Of a stretch of DNA of 64,000 nucleotides, positions 1 to 8,513 are shown piece by piece. The stretch's first letter is position 1; the number at the start of each line of letters is the position of its first letter. The stretch is taken from contig CAJAVM010000001.1 in NCBI GenBank assembly GCA_903945435.1, forward strand, positions 73,071 through 137,070, in the 5' to 3' direction. This stretch comes from an uncultured bacterium (GTDB taxonomy: Bacteria; Patescibacteriota; Patescibacteriia; Patescibacteriales; UBA12465). A program made the translations under genes and the position numbers. Under the pieces are notes generated by a model, which searched no databases, was not told where the DNA came from, and saw nothing but the letters and a program-made list of their open reading frames with translations.

Positions 1-426
1 TGCGGTACTGGGCCAGCTATAATCTATAACGGAACATTTAATACTACTGGTTGGTCATTTGACCCCGGTATAATCAATCAAGCTGGAGATGCTAGCCAAA
101 ATTTAGGACAGCTACTAAATTGCATGCGCTCTAGATTACCAGCAGGAGTAGGGACTATTTCCTCCATTAGCGATAGCAACTACATAGGCAAGTTGGCTCA
201 ATGCAACAAAGCAGATTGCGGGTCCGTTATACCCTGTGTTCATAGCTGCTCCTCTTGTCATTATGGGGGCGGAGATAGCAGTAATAAATCTTATGCTGTT
301 GATTTTGGAGATGAAAAAAATAAAAACGCTATACAAATAGCAGCTTATGCTTGCGACCCAAATGCTTATGTTCTAGATGAAGGAAATCATATTCATGTCA
401 GTGCTTCTGCCTGTCGCAAAAAATAA
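1..426 (+). CDS. 3' part of a gene that starts upstream of the window; C-terminal cysteine-rich LAS-type (peptidase M15 / DD-peptidase-like) zinc-peptidase-like domain
   Basis: Frame 1 is open from nt 1 with no stop before the listed Met at 124, so the gene is 5'-truncated by the window. SCHYGGG...AVDF and GNHIHVS resemble the H..D and HxH zinc ligands of LAS metallopeptidases. TAA at 424-426 is followed by a hairpin terminator. Confidence 0.45.
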   Translation, partial: CGTGPAIIYNGTFNTTGWSFDPGIINQAGDASQNLGQLLNCMRSRLPAGVGTISSISDSNYIGKLAQCNKADCGSVIPCVHSCSSCHYGGGDSSNKSYAVDFGDEKNKNAIQIAAYACDPNAYVLDEGNHIHVSASACRKK

Positions 427-451
427 CATCCGATAGCAGTAAAATAAAAAT

Positions 452-482
452 AAAAATCACCAGCAAATACTGGTGATTTTTT
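452..482. terminator. Bidirectional rho-independent terminator between the M15-like gene (+) and rnhA (-)
   Basis: ATCACCAG (456-463) pairs with CTGGTGAT (470-477) around a 6-nt loop. An A-run lies 5' and a T-run 3'. Confidence 0.7.
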
Positions 483-498
483 AAATCTCAAAATTTTA

Positions 499-909
499 TT
501 AACGACCCCTATCCATTGCTTCATTAGCTAGCCGATCTGCTTCCCTATTTTTTTCTCGAGGAATATGAGTATATGTAATATTTTTAAAACTTAAACTTAA
601 ATTATGAATCTCTAAAAACAGCGGCGCTAGTTCTTTATTCTTAACTTTATATTCACGTTTTAATTGTTTTACAACTAATTCGCTATCGAGATAACACTCT
701 AATTCCAAAGAACCCAATTGAGCTGCTTTTTTTAGAGCAGCAATTAAGGCTTTATACTCCGCCTGATTATTAGTCGCAACTCCTAAATATTCCGAAACTT
801 CAGCAATCACATTTTTATTAACATCATATAAAACTGCCCCAATACCAGCGGGCCCAGGATTTCCTCTTGCACCGCCATCCGTAAAAATAATTATTTTTTC
901 AACGCTCAT
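499..909 (-). CDS. rnhA: Ribonuclease HI
   Basis: 136 aa with FTDGGARGNPGPAG, NNQAEYKALI and DSELVVKQL motifs typical of type 1 RNase H. Confidence 0.85.
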   Translation of the reverse strand: MSVEKIIIFTDGGARGNPGPAGIGAVLYDVNKNVIAEVSEYLGVATNNQAEYKALIAALKKAAQLGSLELECYLDSELVVKQLKREYKVKNKELAPLFLEIHNLSLSFKNITYTHIPREKNREADRLANEAMDRGR

Positions 910-935
910 AATTTTATCAACAATCTAATTTTTAA

Positions 936-2726
936 TTACTTAGGGGATAATCGCAAATCAATAATTTTTAATTGTGCTTCCCGGCGACCATTAAAGGCAT
1001 TCACCTCTAAATAATATGCGACATCAACCCTGTCTCCAATTTTAAAATTCTTATACTGCTCCGCTGCCCCAAAAGCTAAAGCCCAAAAACCAGATAATCT
1101 TAACTTAATATGCTGATTATCGAAGCCCATCAAATTAATATCTTCAATTAACAAATTACAACTTGCTAATTTTGGCTGCTGGTTGTTCTGACCAAATGGT
1201 TCTAAAGTACTTATTTCATCAGCGAGATGTAAATTAATATCTAAAGCCTCTAAAATTGATTCTATTTCTAATTTTGGTGCTAAACTTTTACCGGCCAATT
1301 CTTTATCAGCTAAAATATTAATATGTTTCTTAAAAGCTAATAACTTTTCTTCAGAATTTATCGAAAATCCACAAGCCATCGGATGGCCGCCATATTTTTC
1401 TAATTCATCAGAACAAGCTTCTATCGCTTTAACTAAATTTAATTCTGGAATAGAGCGACCAGAACCCTTAAAAGAAACTTTTTTAGGAACTAATTTCTTT
1501 TTTTCAATATCAAATTCAGCGGCCTCTATTAATCTAGTAATTATCAAGGTTGGACGATAATATTTTTCGGCAATTCTTCCAGCGACTAGTCCAATTACTC
1601 CCTCATTCCAAACCTCATCTTCACCAGCTATGCCAACGATAATATTGGGCATATTTTCTGAATCAATTTGTTTCTCAACTTGTTCAGTAATTTCTTTAGT
1701 TATCTGCTGACGGCTTAAATTACGTTGATTTAATTCCTCGGCTAATATTTCAGCTTCTTCTTCAGTAGTGGCCGTTAATAAACCAAAGGCGGTATTAGCA
1801 TGACTTAAACGACTAGCCGCATTCAAACGCGGGCCTATTTGCCAGCCAACATTCCAGGCTTCTATTTTTTTACCGCCACTTATTTTAGCTGATTTCAAAA
1901 GAGCGTTAAGGCCGAGTCGTTTACTTTGATTTAATATTTCTAACCCCTTTTTTACTAAAAGCCTATTTTCACTCAAGAGGCTTACCATATCAGCAATAGT
2001 TCCAACGGCAACTAAATCTAAACTCTTTTCCAAAATTAATTTTTTCTGATTATCCGGCAAATTAGATTTTATAAGTAAAGCACTAATCAATTTAAAAGCA
2101 ACTCCAACTCCCGCTAAAAATGGACAGGGGTAATGATTTCTTTTATCGGCTGGATTAATAATTAAACACTCTGGTAAATCCTTTTCATCTTCTGGTAGAA
2201 CGTGATGGTCGGTAATAATAATATCGAGACCCTTACTTTTAGCATAAGCGACCTCTTCTTTATTACGGATTCCATTATCAACCGTAATAATCAGTTTAAA
2301 TCCGCTCTCTAAAATTTGGTTGATAGCCATTTTATTTAAACCATAACCCTCGCTAACACGGTCTGGTAAATAAACTTCAACTTTTGCTTTCAGTATTTTT
2401 AAAGTTTCTAGCAATACCGTAGACGATGTTACTCCGTCAGCATCATAATCACCATAAACTACAATTCCATCGCCATTTTTAATATGACTAATAATCAAAT
2501 CAACAGCGGCAGCCATATCCCGAAAAATAAAAGGATCATAAAAATCTAAACCAGAACCAAAAGACACAGCTGAACCATTATCGAGCTCACCACTTAAAAA
2601 ACTTTTTATAGCCGCCTCTTCTTTGAGGCCACGATTAAAAAGAAGTTGTAAAAAAATTTTACTTATTCCCTCATGTTTAACAACAGAATCCGATTCTATC
2701 TTAGGCAAAACGCGCCATTCTTTCAT
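936..2726 (-). CDS. recJ: Single-stranded-DNA-specific exonuclease RecJ
   Basis: 596 aa. DHH-family motifs (YGDYDADG, ITDHH) and a DHHA1 motif (GGHPMACG). Confidence 0.85.
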   Translation of the reverse strand: MKEWRVLPKIESDSVVKHEGISKIFLQLLFNRGLKEEAAIKSFLSGELDNGSAVSFGSGLDFYDPFIFRDMAAAVDLIISHIKNGDGIVVYGDYDADGVTSSTVLLETLKILKAKVEVYLPDRVSEGYGLNKMAINQILESGFKLIITVDNGIRNKEEVAYAKSKGLDIIITDHHVLPEDEKDLPECLIINPADKRNHYPCPFLAGVGVAFKLISALLIKSNLPDNQKKLILEKSLDLVAVGTIADMVSLLSENRLLVKKGLEILNQSKRLGLNALLKSAKISGGKKIEAWNVGWQIGPRLNAASRLSHANTAFGLLTATTEEEAEILAEELNQRNLSRQQITKEITEQVEKQIDSENMPNIIVGIAGEDEVWNEGVIGLVAGRIAEKYYRPTLIITRLIEAAEFDIEKKKLVPKKVSFKGSGRSIPELNLVKAIEACSDELEKYGGHPMACGFSINSEEKLLAFKKHINILADKELAGKSLAPKLEIESILEALDINLHLADEISTLEPFGQNNQQPKLASCNLLIEDINLMGFDNQHIKLRLSGFWALAFGAAEQYKNFKIGDRVDVAYYLEVNAFNGRREAQLKIIDLRLSPK

Positions 2727-2749
2727 AATTTAATAAATAATCAACTAAA

Positions 2750-2845
2750 TTAGAAGCCCATCATGAGCGGAAAAATAACCATGGAAACTGTAACCAAGAT
2801 TGAAATAAATAACCAAAGCGCACGCACAATTTTTTTTCTTTTCAT
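2750..2845 (-). CDS. Possible 31-aa hydrophobic micro-protein (MKRKKIVRALWLFISILVTVSMVIFPLMMGF)
   Basis: Hand translation. The ATG lies 1 nt after the lepA TAA. The peptide has a basic N-terminus plus one TM-length hydrophobic stretch and a TAA stop. It is below the length cut-off of the ORF track. Confidence 0.3.
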   Translation of the reverse strand: MKRKKIVRALWLFISILVTVSMVIFPLMMGF

Positions 2846-2846
2846 A

Positions 2847-4667
2847 TTATCTTTTTAATATTTTTACAAAAGTCTCTGGCGGAATTTCAACGCTCCCCTT
2901 ACCAGCGGCCATCATTTTCTTTTTACCTTTTTTTTGTTTTTCTAAAAGTTTACGTTTTCGAGAAACATCACCTCCATATAATTTAGCGGTCACATCTTTT
3001 CTCATAGCTGATAATTTTTCAGCCGCAATAATTTTTGCGCCAATAGCTGCTTGGATTTTAACAGCAAACATCTGTCTAGATAAACTATTCTTTAGAATGT
3101 CTACTATCTCACGACCTTCTCGATTAGCGTCATCACGATAAACGATTGTGGCTAAGGCTTCAATAATATCTTCCGCTACTAAAATATCCATTTTTACAAC
3201 ATCAGCTGGACGATAATCTAAATATTCGTAATTAATTGAAGCGTAACCAGCGGATACACTTTTTATCTTATCATAAAAATCAGTTAAAATCGCCGATAAA
3301 GGAATTTCATAATGTAGAATAACACGACTATCTTCACCTTCAGCAGAAATATATTCTGTATTCTTATAGATTCCCCGTTTATCTTGAGCAAGTTTAATAA
3401 TATTCCCCATGTAGAATTTAGGGCTAACAATATCAAGCGATACCCACGGTTCTTCAATCACTTCAATATTATTTTGTTCTGGCAATCTTTGTGGAGTTCT
3501 AATAATTGTTTCCTCACCATTAGTTTTTAGAACCTTATAGGCAACACTGGGAATAGTTACAATTAAATCTAAGTTATATTCTCGACGTAATCTTTCTTGA
3601 AATACCTCTAGATGTAGAAGTCCTAAAAATCCACAACGGAACCCGAACCCTAAAGCATCAGATCTTTCTGGTTCATATGATAGAGCGGCATCATTTAATT
3701 TTAATTTTTCCATTGCCTCTCTTAATTCTTTAAAATCACTACCTTCACGCGGAAAAATACCAGCAAAAACCATTGGTTTTACCTCTTTATAGCCTGGCAA
3801 AGTTTCAATTTCATCAAATCCTAAATTAGCTCCGGAAACTAAAGTATCACCAACGCGACAATCAGCAACTTGCTTAAAGCCAGTTACTACATAACCAATC
3901 TGGCCAGGTCTCAGTTCCCCCGTTGATACATAACCTGGGCGGAAAATTCCACAATCAAGAACTTCACTATCAGCCCGAACAGAGGCCAATTTTATTTTAT
4001 CGCCTTTTTTAATTACACCATTAAAAACTCGGATATAAGCAACTACTCCGCGATAAGTATCATATTTAGAATCAAAAATTAAGGCGCGAGAATAATTTAT
4101 AGCACTTAATATCTCAGGCTCTTTAGGTGGCTCACTACGACTAATAATTTCATCAAGAATCGCTGCCACCCCTTCGCCAGTCTTACCAGAAGTACAAAAT
4201 ATTTCCTCTTCTTTACAACCCAAAAGTTTAATAATTTCTCTTTTAGTTTTAGAGACATCGGCCGCTGGTAAATCTATTTTATTTACTACCGGAATAATAG
4301 TTAGATTTTGCTCTAAAGCTAAATATAAATTTGCCAAAGTCTGAGCCTGGATTCCTTGAGTACAGTCTACTAAAAGCAAGGCTGTTTCTACAGCTGCTAA
4401 GGAGCGTGATACCTCATAAGAAAAATCTACATGGCCAGGGGTATCTATCAAATTCAAATTATACCCTTTGTATTCCATGCTTACCGGGGTAAGTTTAATA
4501 GTAATTCCTCTTTCTCTTTCAATATCCATCCCATCCAATAACTGCGCTTTCATGTTTCTTTTTTCAACTGTTCCGGTAATTTCAAGCATGCGATCGGCTA
4601 GGGTTGATTTACCGTGATCGATGTGAGCAATAATAGAAAAATTTCTAATTTTATTTATATCTGACAT
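2847..4667 (-). CDS. lepA: Elongation factor 4 (LepA)
   Basis: 606 aa. GTPase motifs AHIDHGKST, DTPGH and NKID, with a LepA-type C-terminal region. Confidence 0.95.
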   Translation of the reverse strand: MSDINKIRNFSIIAHIDHGKSTLADRMLEITGTVEKRNMKAQLLDGMDIERERGITIKLTPVSMEYKGYNLNLIDTPGHVDFSYEVSRSLAAVETALLLVDCTQGIQAQTLANLYLALEQNLTIIPVVNKIDLPAADVSKTKREIIKLLGCKEEEIFCTSGKTGEGVAAILDEIISRSEPPKEPEILSAINYSRALIFDSKYDTYRGVVAYIRVFNGVIKKGDKIKLASVRADSEVLDCGIFRPGYVSTGELRPGQIGYVVTGFKQVADCRVGDTLVSGANLGFDEIETLPGYKEVKPMVFAGIFPREGSDFKELREAMEKLKLNDAALSYEPERSDALGFGFRCGFLGLLHLEVFQERLRREYNLDLIVTIPSVAYKVLKTNGEETIIRTPQRLPEQNNIEVIEEPWVSLDIVSPKFYMGNIIKLAQDKRGIYKNTEYISAEGEDSRVILHYEIPLSAILTDFYDKIKSVSAGYASINYEYLDYRPADVVKMDILVAEDIIEALATIVYRDDANREGREIVDILKNSLSRQMFAVKIQAAIGAKIIAAEKLSAMRKDVTAKLYGGDVSRKRKLLEKQKKGKKKMMAAGKGSVEIPPETFVKILKR

Positions 4668-4676
4668 AATTTTAAG

Positions 4677-6314
4677 TTATACACCACGAGCCTCTCCCTG
4701 GTCTTCAATCTTAACCTTTCTAAAGGGCCAGCGTTTTTTCAAAGAGGACATAAGTCCAAAAAATTCCTCACTCTGAAATAAATAACAAAATATAGCGTAT
4801 ACCAATATTCCAACACTAAATGAAATAATTAATTGAATAAATACTCCACTAAATTTAGTCATATCAATAAATGGCCAAACAACAACTTTCATAATCTGAG
4901 CCGCTAGTCCCGCCCCAATAGCCGAGATAGTAAACTTAAGGGTAGCAATAAGAATGTTACCTAAATCCAAGACTCCTACTTTAACATAAAGCCAGGTCCA
5001 AAGCAAGATTAAATTTAAAATATTAGCAATGGAAAAGGCTAGGGCCAGACCAGAAACGCCCATGCTTTTTCCAAGATAAAACGACAAAATAATGTTAATG
5101 CCAATAGAAACTAAACCTAAGTAAAAAGGTGTTTTAGAGTCATGACGAGCATAAAAAACTCGTACTACCAAGGGAATGGTTGCTTGAGCAAACAAGCTCA
5201 TCGCAAAAAATCCTAACGCATCCATAGTCATAAAAGTCGCCCGCCAATCAAAATTACCCGTCCCTAAAACAACACGAATAATCTGTGCTCTCAAAGCAAC
5301 AATCAACACAGTTGCTGGAACCACAAAAAATAATATCTGTCTTATGGTATTAGAAAAATGTTCAGTCAGTTTTTCCTTATTATGTGCATTTTCTGAAAGC
5401 GCAGGGAAAGCAGCAATAGCAAATGAAATACCAAATATACCAACTGGAAAAGACTGTAAATTATTAGCAAAATTAAAAGCAGCGAGCGACCCGCCAGGTA
5501 GGCCTGAAGCAATAATTGTTGTCACAACTAAATTAACCTGAGATATCGCTAGACTCATTGTTCTAGGAACCATCATGCGCCCTATTTTTCGTGTATTTTT
5601 ATCTCCCCAAGAAAGTTTAAAAAGATATCTAAAACCTAAATTATAAGTGGCGGGCAACTGAACAATAAAATGTAAAAAGGCTCCCAGTACTACTCCCCAG
5701 GCTAAACCATCTAAACCCCAGATATCAACAAAATATAAAGCCCCAATAATAATTCCTAAATTATAAAAAATAGGCGCTAATGAATAAATTAGAAATCTCT
5801 TAAATGATTGCAAAATCCCACCCAAAACTCCAGACAGTCCCAAGAAGACTGGCGATAGAAACATAATCCTAGTTAAAGCAGCCGTTTTTGCTTGTTCTTC
5901 TGGGCCAAAGCCAGGAGTAATTAATCTTGTTAGAGCGGGTGCAAAAATCATACCAATGACTGATAAAACCGCTAATCCTAAAACTAAAAAATTTAAAATA
6001 TTTCCCGCCAAGAACCAAGCCTCTTTATTATGATTAGCACTTTGTGCACCTTCATCTTTCCAATTTTTTATAAGTGAAGTAAATACTGGGATAAACCCAG
6101 CCGATAAAGCACCAAGTACGACTAAATTAAAAATTAAATCAGGAATTCTAAAAGCGGCATAATAAATATCAAGCGTAGTTCCAGCACCAAAATTACCTGC
6201 CAAAATACGATCACGAATAATTCCTAAAAATCGTGAAACAAGCGAAGATAACGCTACTAAAGCAGCGGCGACAGTTATGCTATTTATTTGACGACTAAAA
6301 ATACTCTTAAACAT
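4677..6314 (-). CDS. murJ: Lipid II flippase MurJ/MviN family
   Basis: 545 aa and about 14 hydrophobic segments. The N-terminal SRFLGIIRDRILAGNFGAG pattern is typical of MurJ. Confidence 0.8.
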   Translation of the reverse strand: MFKSIFSRQINSITVAAALVALSSLVSRFLGIIRDRILAGNFGAGTTLDIYYAAFRIPDLIFNLVVLGALSAGFIPVFTSLIKNWKDEGAQSANHNKEAWFLAGNILNFLVLGLAVLSVIGMIFAPALTRLITPGFGPEEQAKTAALTRIMFLSPVFLGLSGVLGGILQSFKRFLIYSLAPIFYNLGIIIGALYFVDIWGLDGLAWGVVLGAFLHFIVQLPATYNLGFRYLFKLSWGDKNTRKIGRMMVPRTMSLAISQVNLVVTTIIASGLPGGSLAAFNFANNLQSFPVGIFGISFAIAAFPALSENAHNKEKLTEHFSNTIRQILFFVVPATVLIVALRAQIIRVVLGTGNFDWRATFMTMDALGFFAMSLFAQATIPLVVRVFYARHDSKTPFYLGLVSIGINIILSFYLGKSMGVSGLALAFSIANILNLILLWTWLYVKVGVLDLGNILIATLKFTISAIGAGLAAQIMKVVVWPFIDMTKFSGVFIQLIISFSVGILVYAIFCYLFQSEEFFGLMSSLKKRWPFRKVKIEDQGEARGV

Positions 6315-6318
6315 AATC

Positions 6319-7773
6319 TTATCTTAACCGGTTTTTTAAAATAAGCAAATTATTTAAATTAATCAAAGTCTTATCATAACCAGGATTAATCTCTAATTCC
6401 CTTTTGAATTCCGATTCCGCGGCTTGTAAGTCTCCTTTTTCCATATATATTAGCCCAATATTATTATGTGCCATGGGCTCGTTTTTATTAGCTTGAAGTG
6501 CTAATTGATATTGGACAATTGCTTCATCTTTACGACCGTCTAGATATAACATTGCCCCTAGATTACGGTGAGCTATGGGAGAAGATGGGGAGCTAAAAAC
6601 GGCAGATTGCCAAAAAATTAAACGATTTTGAAAATTGGGTAAATGATACGCAGCCAAAGAAAATGATAACACCAAAATTAATAAAAATGGCAGGAAGGAC
6701 TTAAACTTTTTATAATTTATCTCTTGCAAAAATTGAATTTGAGAAATTATAATGAGCAAGCCGATAAAAGGCAAATAAAAACGATGCTCTAAAACGTAAT
6801 AAAAACTAGACGATTCAGGATTAATTAATGATGGAACTAGAAATAAAAAATACCACAATAAACCAAAAGCAAAATATTCTTTTTTTATTCCCTTTTTCCA
6901 AATAAAAACAACAAATAACAGTGCAATTGCGATTAAACCATATAATACATGCGCGTCTCTAATAACCGCCATGATAGATAAATCATAAGGAAAGAAAAAC
7001 TTCCCCAAACCAATTATTAAAACTGGAGAATTGTCCAAGATAGAATTGAATACACTATAAATTGTTAAGCTCCCTTCAGACATAGCCAGACTACGAAATA
7101 AAAACCATATAAAAATAGCCGCCGTGGCTCCAAACATCGATATTAAACCATTAGTTTCTGCAAACTTCTTCTTAGATAAAAAAAGATAATAAAAAATTAA
7201 TAAAATAGGAAAAAATATGGCCGCCTCTTTAGTAAATAATGCCAACAAAAAGAAAAGCACATAACCAACATAGTTAGCCGTCTTAGGGGTTTCTAAAAAC
7301 TTTATAAAATATAAGAAAGAACTCAAGATAAAAATAGCAAGCAGCGAATCATTGCGACCAGGAATCCAGGCAACTGCCTGTACTAAAGCAGGATGAAACA
7401 AAAATAACAAAGCTAAAAAAAGACCTAAAAACCGAGAATCTTGTAATTTATTTAATAACTTAAAAACTAGACAAGCCGCTAATATATGCAATAAAACATT
7501 AACTAAATGATAAAACCAAGGCAACGGACCAGAAATAAAAGAATCTAACATGAATGAAATGTTCAATATAGGACGATAATAAAAATTACTATTAGAAAAG
7601 AAAGCGTCCTCAACAAAAATATTACCAATATCAGAAACACTATTAATCATTGGATTATTTTCCAAAATCAAAACATGGTCATCCAAATAAGAAAAACCAA
7701 AAAAAGCCGTCAGCGAATAAAGCAAAATGCCCAAAAAAAATATAATTAAATAAGGTCGGTATTTATCCAACAT
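6319..7773 (-). CDS. Polytopic membrane glycosyltransferase (GT-C, PMT/ArnT/TMTC-like) with C-terminal TPR repeats
   Basis: 484 aa with many TM segments. It has an acidic YLDDHVLI motif in the first loop and a TPR-like C-terminus (AHRNLGAMLYLDGRKDEA..., AHNNIGLIYMEKGDLQAA...). Confidence 0.5.
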   Translation of the reverse strand: MLDKYRPYLIIFFLGILLYSLTAFFGFSYLDDHVLILENNPMINSVSDIGNIFVEDAFFSNSNFYYRPILNISFMLDSFISGPLPWFYHLVNVLLHILAACLVFKLLNKLQDSRFLGLFLALLFLFHPALVQAVAWIPGRNDSLLAIFILSSFLYFIKFLETPKTANYVGYVLFFLLALFTKEAAIFFPILLIFYYLFLSKKKFAETNGLISMFGATAAIFIWFLFRSLAMSEGSLTIYSVFNSILDNSPVLIIGLGKFFFPYDLSIMAVIRDAHVLYGLIAIALLFVVFIWKKGIKKEYFAFGLLWYFLFLVPSLINPESSSFYYVLEHRFYLPFIGLLIIISQIQFLQEINYKKFKSFLPFLLILVLSFSLAAYHLPNFQNRLIFWQSAVFSSPSSPIAHRNLGAMLYLDGRKDEAIVQYQLALQANKNEPMAHNNIGLIYMEKGDLQAAESEFKRELEINPGYDKTLINLNNLLILKNRLR

Positions 7774-7786
7774 AAATTACTTGGAT

Positions 7787-8500
7787 TTATTTATATAATC
7801 CAAAAAAATACTTAATCCCAGTCCAGACAGTTAACATTCCATACTTCAAACTACGCCAGAAGTTAATTGAAGATGCTTCTTTAAAATATCGCACAGGAAC
7901 GGGAATCTCTCCAACACGATATTTACGAGCAATAATCTTAAATAGCATCTGACTATCAAAAACAAAATCATCAGAATTATTTTTCCAAGATATTTTTTCC
8001 AATACCTCTCTTTTATAAGCACGCATTCCTGTGTGCCATTCTGATAAATTGCGTCCGCTAATTAAATTTTCAAACATCGTTAAAACTCGATTGGCAAGAT
8101 ATTTATATAACGGCATTCCTCCTGCTAAAGTTTCACGTCGACTTCTAATTCTCGTACCAAGCATTACATCAAAATAATCATCAGCAATAAATTCAGCAAA
8201 ATATTTAACCAATTTAGGGTCATACTGATAATCAGGATGAATCATTACAATAATATCAGCGCCATGATTAAGCGCTATTTCATAACAAGTTTTTTGATTT
8301 CCACCGTAGCCTTTATTATTACCATGTACAACAACAGTTAGCCCTAACTTTTTAGCAATACCGGCCGTATCATCAGAGCTTTTATCATCAACCAAAATAA
8401 TTTCATCAACAATATTCGGTAAATCAGCTACGGTCTTTTCTAGAGTTTTAGCAGCATTATAAGCCGGAAGAACAACAATAATTTTATGGCTACTATACAT
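7787..8500 (-). CDS. Family 2 glycosyltransferase (polyprenol-phosphate sugar synthase-like)
   Basis: 237 aa. VVLPAYNAAKTL and LVDDKSSDDT motifs are typical of the GT2/Dpm1-like fold. Confidence 0.75.
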   Translation of the reverse strand: MYSSHKIIVVLPAYNAAKTLEKTVADLPNIVDEIILVDDKSSDDTAGIAKKLGLTVVVHGNNKGYGGNQKTCYEIALNHGADIIVMIHPDYQYDPKLVKYFAEFIADDYFDVMLGTRIRSRRETLAGGMPLYKYLANRVLTMFENLISGRNLSEWHTGMRAYKREVLEKISWKNNSDDFVFDSQMLFKIIARKYRVGEIPVPVRYFKEASSINFWRSLKYGMLTVWTGIKYFFGLYK

Positions 8501-8513
8501 AGGGATAAAGTAA

